Assembly: GCF_000002075.1 (NCBI RefSeq) | Contig: NW_004797557.1 | Coordinates: forward strand, 554,989-618,988 | DNA from: Aplysia californica | Taxonomy: Eukaryota | Reading direction: 5' to 3' | Length of the DNA stretch: 64,000 nt | In this document: in pieces, positions 52,801 to 64,000 of the stretch | Position numbering within the stretch: the stretch's first letter is position 1 | How the letters are laid out: each line of letters starts with the position of its first letter | The notes under the pieces: model-generated | Databases searched by the model: none | What the model was told of the DNA's origin: nothing | The model's input: only the letters and a program-made list of their open reading frames with translations | Position numbers and translations under genes: made by a program

Positions 52801-55800
52801 TTGTGTAATGGTGCATCTTCATTGTTTCATATTGAGGGAAGCCATGAAATCTTTTTGTGAATTCACTACTCATAAGAAGAGCAATAAAGTTCGAAACATG
52901 ATTAAGATTCTTATGAAGCTTTTGAATTGTTTTTGGAATGTTGTGAATTCTACCAGTAGATCATGGCTCAAGTTGGGAAAGTGGTAAAAAAGGTTTCTAG
53001 GGGGAAACCACATTTCTGTTTCTTTTGATTCACTAGACAATTTTTTAATTTAATTTTTTTTTGGTCCCGTGTCCTGATTTTGGTGACCGTATTTGTTTGT
53101 TACGTAAAAAGAATGTTATGACATGGTTCAAATTGTTATGATTTCTAAAGAAACGAAACAAGGGAAAGGGGAATTGTTACGTCAGTAATCATGATGATGA
53201 TGATACCGCTGATGATGTTCTGATGTAGGAAATGACCTGCTTATTAGTCTTAGTGTTAAGTTTGTTTGGTGCTTACTCTAGATCCCCGCCAGGCTGTCCT
53301 GGGGGCAGGACACAACCCTCATTCCCAACTCCTCGCTTAGAGTGACCCAAAATTTGGAAATCATTCGTCATCTTCATCCCTGGCATTTAATAAAAGTATA
53401 CCAAAAAATCACATTGGGGCTACTTCTAAGTGATGACATTGTTAGTGTGTTTGTTACCCTACGTCTATGATATCATATTTTCATTAGACAATGGTTAATG
53501 TCTGATTTACACTTATTTGACTTATTGTAATCGTAATCACATTTTAAAATATAAATATATGTGCTTTTTTTGCCCCCTTTGACAATTTAGATCATTTAGG
53601 ATGTAGGGCCAACACAGACTAAGAGGGATACAACATAGTACCAGAAAGACTGAGATACTCAATAACAATTTTCCCTACTTGCAAATCACACTCAAGTTTC
53701 TTGTGTGACAGCAAAATGCCTACCACTACATCACAGATGCGGGTATTGTATTCACTATGGTGATAAATGTGAAATTGTAGTTTATCGTTGTAAAATATGA
53801 GAGGATTTTTTGCTTACTTATGGTGTTCTCCAATATCTTTGTTAAGAAAAGGGGACCTCCAGTCTGTGGGAGAGCCACTGGGAAAACCCAAAAAATAATA
53901 AACTATATGAAATAAAACCAAAACTAGAACAGCGATATCCTTCGGACCTCTCCAGAAGAGACGAAGTCATTTTTACTCGATTGCGCATCGGACACACGGC
54001 CCTGACCCACAAATACCACCTACAGGGAGATGAGAAGCCGTTCTATGTCGGATGCGACACAGATTGTACCATTAGACACATACGAATGTCTAGACTTTGG
54101 AGAGATCCGAAGGAAATATTATAAATGCAAGAAATTGCAAGATATCTTTTCCGTCGTTGTTCCCAGCAAAATTTTGAATTTTATAAAGGCCATTGGCCTT
54201 TATGGCAAGTTGTAAAATGAAAAATGAAAACGTACTATTTAAAATGTTTATTGTTACCTATAAGAGTTGTTTTAAATCACAAATATATTTACACTGAATT
54301 TTAATATTTTAACATTTTAGCATTTTAAAGTCAATCAGTTAACCAATCGTGGAATGAACTTTTGCGAAAGTAAACAACTTGTGTTTCGCGCGCTCATATG
54401 ACCTTAGCAGTTGCGAACGCTGTAAAACCCTATACTACATACATGATACATAGAAAAGGGGTCAATTTACATTTTTGTTCTTTTTTTAAAAACTGTTTTA
54501 TTTTGTGCTGACTCCACAAACTAAACTATGCAGGCTCAGCATGTGGCCAAGGGACTGTGGACCAGTGTATTGATACCATTGGGAAGAGCATCAACCTAGC
54601 CCACAGCAAGACAAAGTTTGTTAAAACTGGTGAGACTTCTTTCATAATGCCAGGTTCTTTTTATGCCATTTATATGTATGTAATGTATATTTCCGTATTG
54701 TAAATTTTATATAATTGTTTCCTAGTGCTTAGCATTTGTTTCCTTTACTGCCTCAGAAAAATTGTGCCAGGAGCTTACATTTTTATCTTTTACCTTTGGG
54801 CTCCCAATGTGATTCAGGTACACCTACTCCTTAAGCATCATATGCTGAGTAGCTTAATGTATTCATTAGATATATTATGCTACTCCAGACATAGTTCACC
54901 CAAGTATGGGTACTTGCTGAAAATGTCTCCTGGCAGTTGACAAGCAATTTTTTAGATGTTGCTATTGGTGCTGATAAAATTGTTTTGATTTGTTTTTCAA
55001 GAGGTTCTTTTAGAACAGTTTTCTCCTGTTTGTTTACAATATACATCATTCTGCAGGAATATTATCGCCATATGCTCAGTATATATCTGTGCTTCTCATC
55101 TTCCGTATTTTTACGGAAATCCGTACTTTCTGACAGTTTCGTACTTGCTCCCCCATCATTATCAACTCCATCCGTTAAAATAGTGGGATAGCGTAGGGCT
55201 ACCGAGATTCTGGGGCAAAGGATCTCTACTCATCATCGTATCATCTTGTATAAGTTAGGTATAATGGTAATTCTGTCGGCAATAGGTTAATGTTATAGAA
55301 ACCTGCCAGACCCGGGAGTATGAGGAAATCTGTGAACTGCCCCGTGAAAGACCCTCGAAAATACATAAAGTTCTTGAATATTTTGAAAACCAAATCGGAT
55401 AGGTCAGTAAATTAATTTTTCCCGGTCACGATTGTGATGTTTGTTCAGCTTTTCGCAGTCCGAGAGTACGTTTCTTGCGAACAGGCGGCTATGGTGCCAG
55501 GCGGAAGTGTATGTGACACTGAGGCTTGATCGGGAAAATCAAGATCTGCTTTCGCTTTTGTTACCACCCTGAAATTTGCCAGTGATAGTCTGATACCGCA
55601 ACATTTATGACATGCAGGTCGTGCATTTTAACTCTTTTTATCCTAGCCATACCCCCACGGACTCTGTACCAGTCCTTGGGCCGCCGCGCCGTATGAGTCG
55701 GAAGTCAGTGCGTATAGTTCAAAGTGCTATATTTCTTACATTTACTCTAAGATTTTTAGGAAATTTGGCAGTTATGTTAGAAATTGAATGTAGTTTTTGT

Positions 55801-58800
55801 AAATGTATGTGGTTAGGAAATACACCAATAGCACAATGTAGATTTTGAGGTGTATTCCACCCTCGAACTTGACCCTGATTGCCGCGCCCACAACGTCCCA
55901 TTGGATTTTATAGATCTAGATCTAGCCCTACCCTTCGAGCACAAATTCCAGTATTCACCCCTTCGCCATGATCTGAATCGCTATTAGATGAGTCTAAGTC
56001 CTGTTTCTTATCACCCAGAACGGAATTTACGGCACTTATTTCAGAGTCACTTTCATCAAATTAGTATCATTCCCCCTCACAACCCAGCGCCACTTCAAAA
56101 AGTACTTCGTCGGTCGTGAATGTGCGTTTTCGAGACATCTTTCAAGCTTCTACACCCATCAAAAACAAAGAAACCACAGTTCATTGGAAAATTAAAATAT
56201 TCAGACAGAGTTAGCATCGCCGTATTTGCGTATTTTGGTAATTACAAGCAGAACTAGCTTCTTTGACATGACCGTATCGCTGTTCCGAGAATACTCGTAG
56301 CCCGGACTGGTCCTCGTTACGAGTATACTCGTACCCCGGATAAAAAGAGTTAAACGCTTTGTCGCCCCGCATATAAATCAATATTTGTCACTGTATTGTC
56401 ACTTGTAAGAAAATAAAGTAAAGAAAAATATAAGCGTCATCCGATTTTCAGCTTGTCAGGCTGGTCATCATGACCAGTCAGTGAACCTGCGCGTGTTTGC
56501 ATCGCTTGATACAGCAACGTGTGAGTACCGGCGGTTGTTGAAGTTGCCAAAGTTCATTCAAAGTCTGAGCGTCGTGAAATATGGCTCCGAAATGGGATTT
56601 ATTTTTTAACACTTTCCCATCGCAAAGCTCATGTATAGTAAAAACTCTTTCCATCAAAGGGAAAGGCATTTTGGGGAAAATCCAAAGAAAATGCTTGGTA
56701 AACGTCGCGGATAGGCGAGATAAGGCGGCAAGTGTTAAAGATACACTCAGAGGTGCTGAAGGCAACTTGATAGCAAGTTTTAGAATTTTGATTAGAGCTC
56801 TCTGCAAAGCGCGCTTTGGTGCAAGCCTTGTGTGGAATCAGGATCCGCCGTACCTTGTAAGCCTTGTTATATTTAACTAAAGTGTTTGCGCTTCATCGGA
56901 TGGGTGCTAGTGATAGTAAATTATTACTATATTTTAGCTTTCTGTTCAAGATTGGCAGATTTTCAGTGTTATTGCATCTTGCCCTCCCTCAGTTCTTACA
57001 ACTCTCACACTGATATGTCTACTTGAGCCATTCAAGTTATTAATCTAATTTGAGTTTGAGCAATAATCTTGATGAAAAAAGTAGGTGTTATGGGTTGTTG
57101 GTATTCTCTTCAAACAGGCTCCCAAATGCCATTTTTAACCCTCAAAAAGCACTAAATTTCAATTTCTTCGGGGGCTTCGCCCTCTGAACCCCCACCGGGA
57201 TGCTGTCCCTGGACCTTGCTGGAAGCCTTTGCAGCCCTGAAACCCCCAGCAGAATTTTCCTTACTCTTCATCTTCAGCCGTTGGAAGCACTGATATATGT
57301 AGCTACCTGAAAACAGTATCATAAGTGCAATAATGTCAGTGTCATAACAAGGATTTGGGACGTTTTTAGTACTTGTCTTCTTGAAATGTACACCCTTTGA
57401 CTGCATGGAGCTGAAAAGGGACATGAATATTGTTCCGTACAAGCAGGAATGCTGTTAAAGTTTGGTGCATAGGTTTTTGTTAGTGGAAAAAGAAAGTTTA
57501 ATTTCATTTATTTTCTTTACACTCCGTAAAAGCAATTGACATTGCTGTTTCAGATCAAGTAGTCTTTGTCGTCTGTTGCCAAGGCATTTATGATAAAACC
57601 TGAGTTGTTGCCATCCATTCTTTGATGACTATCCACCTTTATGTCTTTGTCTTTCTCTGTCTGATATCATTCATGGCAAATGGATGCTGTGGTGCTTGTG
57701 TACAGTTTGCTCCTTCCTCTTCTCCCGCACAACAACTTGGTTGCCTTTTGTGGTTGTTTCCTTGATGTTTTGCTCCATTTATTTAATTTTTCTACCTTTC
57801 CACTTTATCTTACACATGTTCTTCTTTAGTTATGTTGATAGTAATACAGTCAGGCACAGATAATACGAGCACGGAAAATTCTTAAATCAGGGATAGCTCA
57901 TAGAATTTGCCTTTTCCGGACTGATACATCTTTCATTTTTTTATCAGTTACCCTGAATTATGGATGTGTCGAACACATTTTTCAATCATTGATGTGTTTG
58001 TGTTTGTTTGAGTTGTTTGTGCCCAACTGTGCTTCTGTTTGAAGTTTGTGTTTGTGTACATTGCTTAAATTCACATTGTTCTTTATTTCAGTAATTGAGA
58101 ATATGTCATGTCAAGGCCAGACTGTTGGTGGCAGGTTTGAAGAACTGAAAGCTATCATAGATAGAGTCAAAGACAAGACCAGAGTAGGGGTTTGCTTGGA
58201 CACTTGTCACGCCTTTGCAGCAGGTAAGGATTTGTATCAATTTTGTGTAAGCTTCATCAAATTGATATTTTTAATAAAATAACAATGCGGAGTATAAAAG
58301 TAGCCGTTATTCAACTCTATTCAGTTGTATGTTGTATGGGGCCATATTTTGGGTTGTCATTGCTCTATGTTGCTGCATAAAGTTATTTTTTGATAATAAC
58401 CAACTTGTTAACTCTTTATCTCTGTGGGGGGTAAACTCACTACACTGGGCCCCCTTTTTGGTACCAAATCTAAAAATGACAAAAACGTCAGTAAATGGGT
58501 CATTAGATCAAATAAGTCAACCTATTTTCACAGTTCTTCATCTAATGAATGAACTCCTGATAAAAGAGACCTATTGCCGAAAAATAATTTGGTGTCAAAG
58601 AGGAATGTGCCCGGGCTCGGCTCACAGGCAGAGAGGTTCCGACCGTGAGCCGCTGGGAGTGGCTTGCCAGAGATAAAGAGTTAAAACACAGATTGGAATG
58701 AAGTAATGTGCTTTCAAAGCTTGTTGCTTTACACAGATTTTCAGTTTGCTCTTAATGATCTTCTACTTTTGTGAAAAATCACTGTTGTTTAGATTTTTTA

Positions 58801-61259
58801 GTAGCTTTCTGGCAAGGATAGTCATTTATATGGTATACAACGCTGATTAGTAAGTGCTTGTTCATATTATGGTCTTTTCCGTGAAGTGCAGTGAGATTTC
58901 ACAGAGTAGAAATGCACAATATAATATTAATTTGTATAATCCAGCATTTTATTTTTTTATACTTTAAAATAATGATAGAACGTTATTTTCTTTGTGGGAC
59001 GAGTTACACTCTTCCTTTGTGTCCTTTCAGGGAACCTTGTGCTTTCGTCATAGATATTTTGAATCAGTTGTGCTTACAGTTCTTCAATTTTTACTAGGGA
59101 TTGATTTGGTTATTGTTTTACTACTTTCCTTGGCGTACCTGTCTGCTGTAGCTTTCTTCAATGGATAGTGTTCCTTTGTCATGCACAAGAGATGACTTGG
59201 TGCAGTGGTCCTATTTGAAAAGAGTCGTGTGAAAATAAATTCAAAGTTGGTTTTACTACTAGTTGACAACATATTGTTATTTTATTAAATGTTGACTTCC
59301 TGGTAAGGAACATGTGTATGTTTTTAAAGTCTTTCTGATTAGTTTAATAAAACTACTCATATTATTATATATAATGCGTTCAGATTTTCAGCGGTACCAC
59401 TATGTGATCAGTGATCATGAATATTGAATTGTGTGCCATCATGGCTTTACAGATGGCATTATACAGAGTTCCTTGCGTTTAACAATAACAGAGTTCCTTG
59501 TATAAGCTTAATTTTCTTTGTTGTAAACTGTCACTGTCAGTCTTTTGTCAAGAAAAGTGAGTAACCCAGTTTGACCCTGCGTCACTGGGTTAGGAAAAAT
59601 TTTGAGTTAATCGTATTCATTTTTCTTACCACACCACTAATGTTCTTTTCTTCTCTCTTCCATGCAGGCTTTGATTTGTCTTCTGAGGAGGGATACACAA
59701 AGATGATGAATGACTTTGAAGAGAAGATTGGTCTGAAGTATCTCAGTGCTGCCCACCTCAATGACTCAAAAGGTTACCATTTGCCTCTTGATGATTTTTT
59801 GTTAGAGAAAACTGTCGATATCTGTGGATTTTCAGTCAGCATCTGGCGCTGACACTGCTCTTTGTGAGAAGAAAAAGTATAGGCTTAGTCTGTACTCTTT
59901 CAGGTTAGAAACTTCCATCCGTCATATTTTCTTTTAGTTGATCATTCTTGCTTTAAAAATGTCTGCTTTGAAATGAAAGCGTAAAGCACATTTGGGCACA
60001 GATAACTCAAACTCATTGAGGATTGAAAATGTATTTGACACTCATCGATAATTAGAGTAAACTGATCGAAAGAAAGGTTGGAGAGATATTGAAGAAAATC
60101 AAGGGAAGTAGCTGTGATGGTACAATGGTTGAAAAATAAATTACGGTTACGAATTTTCTACAGCTTTTTGAATGATAAGGCCATATCTCTTTGTGAAAAT
60201 ATTCAACCTTCCTGTGTTGCTTATAAAGTCAAGGCCAAGTTTCTTTGCAATTTCATCTGGTTTTTTTAAGTTAAAATGGGACAAGAAATAGGAAGAGACA
60301 AGACACATGCTTCTCAGTATTTTCAAATTCGGCAAAGTGCAGTTGCTTTCTGAAGGGTTGACTTCCAATGTTCGATTTTATCTCAATTTGTTTTTTTAGA
60401 AATGTTGAAAACATTGATTTGGGGATGCCAAATCTCTTACAAATTTCTGTTTTCACGCAGTACTTCTACTTCTCATAACCTCTGCGAAAATCTGATGCCT
60501 GGTTTCAGTTGTCATGCAATAGTTTTCTCTTTTCTGCCATCATGAAAAGTGCCTGATATCGATAAAAGGATAGAAAAATGGATATGTTTGCACCTTGGTC
60601 AGTGTTGAAGCAAGCGATAAAGAGAGAGTGTTGCCAACAGGCTTACGGCTAAAATAAAATAGCTCTTACATCAGATCATGATCATGGCGATGTAACCAAC
60701 ACTGGCCAGAGCATGCCACCCACCCTTCTTGTGTAATACTTTCTCAACTGGTACCGTTCAAACAACTGCTCACACACATATTGATACTCAAACATGTAGG
60801 CTACACATACACAAACATAATTCACTCTCCACATGGCCTAATGCAGCACCACACTGTCTGTCTTTAATCACATCTCACTATCCAGTATCCACCATCATAT
60901 GAATAGATTCAATGAGTTCTAGTGCCTTATGCAAAGGTAATGGTGCGTCTCAATACCGGCACGTGTATCAAGCAAAAACAGTTTTTCTTGTTTTAGTAGA
61001 CTAAAATTGCCAGCAGCATCTTTCAGTGTAAGCCTATGTGTGGTTATTTTTCTTTTTTTTTGTCTCACGTTTTGGATCCCCAGGTGAACTTGGCTGTCAC
61101 CTTGATCGTCATGAGAATATTGGCAAAGGTCGCATTGGCATGGATGGATTTCGAAGAGTGATGAACGATCCACGATTTAGGAACATCCCAATGATCCTGG
61201 AGACTCCAGTGGGCGACTATGCTAAGGAAATTCAAACCTTGTATCAGCTCACAAAGTGA
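43221..61259 (+). CDS. APN1: Endonuclease IV family AP endonuclease (Nfo/APN1-like) with a ~1200-aa N-terminal extension, ~1470 aa
   Basis: Exons ~43219-46830, 47549-47685, 52025-52184, 54534-54629, 58092-58223, 59668-59772, 61084-61259, phases consistent. Motifs [59 protein letters not shown] small extra coding exon at 43101-43140 is possible. Confidence 0.93.
47549..47685 (+). CDS. APN1: Endonuclease IV exon
   Basis: [25 protein letters not shown]. Confidence 0.93.
47753..48270. mobile_element. hAT-like MITE nested in the RTE 3' end
   Basis: 8-bp TSD GTTTAGGG (47745-47752, 48271-48278); termini TAGAGACGGGC / GCCCGCTCTTA. Confidence 0.8.
51380..51510 (-). ncRNA. Candidate HDV-like self-cleaving ribozyme at the RTE 5' end
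   Basis: P1 CTCTCTAGT/ATTAGAGAG, P2 GGGTCAC/GTGATCC, short P3, J4/2 CGAA; P1.1 unclear. Confidence 0.45.
52025..52184 (+). CDS. APN1: Endonuclease IV exon
   Basis: [21 protein letters not shown]...LYNFHP. Confidence 0.93.
52400..52792 (+). mobile_element. Retroelement fragment ending in the Nimb-type tail and poly(A)
   Basis: GCGCTTATATGACCTTATGCAGTTGTGAGCGCCGTAAAACCCTCTACT-An; 5' boundary uncertain. Confidence 0.6.
53570..53740 (-). mobile_element. Short SINE, 21100-21299 family
   Basis: Sequence similarity along its length. Confidence 0.55.
53855..54451 (+). mobile_element. 5'-truncated I-group (Nimb-like) LINE 3' end
   Basis: [27 protein letters not shown]...decayed [18 protein letters not shown]; 10-bp TSD AGAAAAGGGG; (TACA)n tail. 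Confidence 0.88.
54534..54629 (+). CDS. APN1: Endonuclease IV exon
   Basis: [23 protein letters not shown]. Confidence 0.9.
55632..56349 (-). mobile_element. piggyBac-like non-autonomous element
   Basis: TTAA TSD, perfect 12-bp TIR CTCTTTTTATCC; decayed acidic N-terminus [22 protein letters not shown] on -. Confidence 0.75.
58092..58223 (+). CDS. APN1: Endonuclease IV exon
   Basis: VIENMSCQG...[14 protein letters not shown]. Confidence 0.95.
58412..58680. mobile_element. piggyBac-like MITE
   Basis: TTAA TSD, perfect 13-bp TIR CTCTTTATCTCTG. Confidence 0.8.
59668..59772 (+). CDS. APN1: Endonuclease IV exon
   Basis: GFDLS...[14 protein letters not shown]. Confidence 0.95.
60147..60543 (-). 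mobile_element. Decayed Tigger/CENP-B-like transposase N-terminal fragment
   Basis: [20 protein letters not shown] (HTH) and [25 protein letters not shown] (second HTH). Confidence 0.7.
61084..61259 (+). CDS. APN1: Endonuclease IV last coding exon
   Basis: [12 protein letters not shown]...IPMILETP...*; AATAAA candidates at ~62841 and ~62890. Confidence 0.95.
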
Positions 61260-64000
61260 AGAGAGCACATAATCCATATATATTATATCTCTATGTCAAA
61301 CAAAAGACATTGGCATACCTCAGTGGTGCTCTTTGGTTGTGGTGTCAAATTAGACACAGCCTTCCTTGAGAGAAGCACCTGAGATTTTAACTCAGGGTAT
61401 TTTTTTAATTTAGTAATTCGTTCCACATTTCTTTAAATCAGTATTATTTGCCTCCTGTTTGACCAATTGCACCCCTTTTTGTGGATGTGAAGTCTGCATA
61501 AATGGTAGTTTCGCTTGAATAGGGAGATCTGATGGCTCTTGCTAATTTTTAGGTATCTGCAGGGAGTGTGGGTTTGTTAGGGATAAGTCTGGACTCTGCA
61601 GAAATAAGGAATTTTAAAATCTAAGAATGACATAATTATTATCATTTTTAATGTTTTGATAAAGAGACAAGTGCATTATTCTTTTTAATTGAAAATGGCT
61701 CATTATCGTGACCAGTTCTTCTTTGCTTTCCTCAAATGGAAGTGGCCTGATCATTTTCACTTTCCATTGAGATTGTCTTTTCGTGAAGTTTCCTAGTTTG
61801 CAGAATATATTTCGCAGCAAAATAGATCCCTAGAATTTTATCTTTGGCAAGTTGCATGTAAAATTAAGAAGCGATTACTGGTACTAACACTCACTGAGAG
61901 AACTGGTATCAAGTGAAAATTCAAGCTTAAAGAAGCATTTTAATTGGGTACTCAAAACAGACCTTTGTGCCACGAGCGGAGGGAAAGATGGTTTTCCACA
62001 CAACTTTATCAACAAGTAAAAAGATTTCTATTCCCTGCTCAGAGAAACAAAATGCAACCCAAGAAAGAGTGTCTTTTTGTTGTTTCTTTCGAACAAGTGA
62101 CATATAAAAGATCTTATGTGGTGCTTGCAAATGAAACAAAACTGGGAGAGTGACCTCCTTTCTGATTTCCACACACCTTGTCACATCTCTGCTTTGGGAT
62201 ATAATATCATATATAAAAAGTCTCCTTCTCTCCAGTAGTGATTGAGCTTCCTAACAATATTATACCAAAAATATTATTAGTAAATTGAGTAAAAATTATA
62301 AATTAGTTTAAAAAAACAAAATTGTTGAATTTTCATAGAAAATACATGTTTCAGCGAGTCTGGTACGGTATCAAAATGAAGATAAACGCCATTTTTTAAA
62401 AACAGAAACTGAGAAAACTAGGTCAAAGTCTAGTGTACTGACACAGCTTGCTGTGTGAAAATGTATGCTTTCTTCCATTGTTAGCTGGTATCATTTTGTA
62501 GGCTGGCTTTCACCAGTGGTCAGCTTCTCAGGCTGCTCGGGTCGCACTGACCAGAGCCCTATTTGAAAAACTGACAAATGCACACCCAAGCGCTGTTTCT
62601 TAAACAACTAGTTCAAAAGCTTGAAAGGTTGCAGTGGAGAAAACAACTGGGTGCATTTTATGCGCTTTTTCTCAGAATGTGTTAAGAATGTTCAAGAGCA
62701 TGGGTACGCTACTTTGTTCACAAGACTTCTTCAAAATCGGCACTTATTCAGGTGTGTGACAATGACATAATTTTTGCATTTTTTCCTTAACAGCACAAAA
62801 TCTTTCATTACTATCCGATTGAGCTAAAAAAAATGCTTGAAATAAAAAATCAACAGACTGGAATAATATATTTCAAATTGCATTTTTTAAATAAATTGTT
62901 TTTTAGTTAAGTTCATGCCGGCTTTAAGCTCAGTAATCAGGAGAAAGCGTGAACGTGCTTGAGTGCGAAGTAGACATTGTCATTATAATCCAGAGATTTT
63001 TATGTAGAAAATGTCCTTAGTGATTTCCCTTTGTTCATAAGTAGTGGTTGCACAAAAGTGTGCGCGGGCATTTTTAGCTGCCATGATAGTTTTTGTTCCT
63101 TTTGTTTGTGGGCAAATGGGAAAGGAAAACTTAATTTAGACAGCCAGTCACGATACAGTACTCTAGGCCCACGCACTGCCTGTGTGTACCACTGCCCACT
63201 GTGCCACATTCATATCATCGCCTTCATCATCCCACCTCGCGTGTGATACATAATCGGGATTATCGGATAGCAAGGGACAAAGGTGAAATCGCAGCCAGCC
63301 TCCCTTTCCCGACTCCCCGACTCTTTGTATTTTTTTCGTCTGTGTGTAGCTTTGCCCTAGGCTAAATTCTATGTCCACGCGCGCGGCTGTGTGCATCTCT
63401 CTGCCTTCCTCACCGCGCGCTTATGTGTGTGTCTCCATCACTTGCGTTCTTTGTGTTTCTCTTAACACACTCACTGCTGCGGTGTAGACTGTGTTCCAAC
63501 TTTGGTGGGTCATCATGAAAGTATTGACTGTCTTGTAAGTGAAGCGTGTTGGAAGCCGAAGTTACCGTGCTTAAAAGGCGTGTAATTTATACAGAAAAAA
63601 TTCTGTAAGAGCCATTTAGCATGCTTGAGTCCGAAGGGTGTTTTATGCCAGCACGAACTGTACCTACTATAGTCAGCCTGCAGCGTAAAATAGGGTAGAA
63701 TAGATCAAATAGGATTCAATGTATAATTTGTGTAAGCAGAGATGATGAGGTCGCTCGTCATTAGTCTATGTCATGATGCTTTCTCCATGTTGGGCTCATC
63801 TGCTATACTATAGACTTCTCTTCCTTACCAATCAATTAGTTTCATCATGTCTTGGATTTGGTTTGATCAAGTCTAATTTTTTGTACAAGTTTTGCTTGTG
63901 GTTTGTTTATGTTAAAATTCTGTTTCTTAAAAGTAGAGAGAATGCTGTTTCTTTGTGAAAGCTTTGGCTGTAATACAAGATAGGGAAGGTGTAGCTTATG

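Noticed and set aside
46800-61259. Bacterial contamination or recent horizontal transfer of nfo
   Set aside because: Six TE-filled spliceosomal introns interrupt the catalytic domain, and the family is known in fungi, nematodes and other animals

Overview
Intron-rich, repeat-dense eukaryotic DNA, most likely from an invertebrate (mollusc-like; inferred from the SINE/LINE repertoire, not proven). It has three assembly gaps (3187-3761, 6786-7156, 9233-9332). Three spliced protein-coding genes can be reconstructed. (1) A partial, divergent Fos/ATF3-type bZIP transcription factor on + (2500-5736). (2) A complete 7-coding-exon membrane-anchored short-chain dehydrogenase/reductase of the BDH1/RDH/HSD17B2 type on - (30476-19736, 365 aa). 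Its catalytic YxxxK is replaced by FCISC, which creates a CxxC, so it is an apparent pseudoenzyme. (3) An endonuclease IV (Nfo/APN1) AP endonuclease on + (about 43221-61259, ~1470 aa). All metal ligands are intact, and it carries a ~1200-aa basic, internally duplicated N-terminal extension encoded by one 3.6-kb exon. Genes 2 and 3 are head-to-head and may share a promoter near 36.9-37.4 kb. The rest is mostly transposon-derived. It includes RTE LINEs (one TSD-bounded copy with an HDV-like ribozyme fold at its 5' end), a Nimb/I-clade LINE 3' end that shares its tail with tRNA/Deu-domain SINEs, a mariner with a nested SINE, a pogo relic, and Harbinger-, piggyBac-, hAT-, Tigger-, Sola- and Merlin-like MITEs. 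All calls are by eye; no database search was run.
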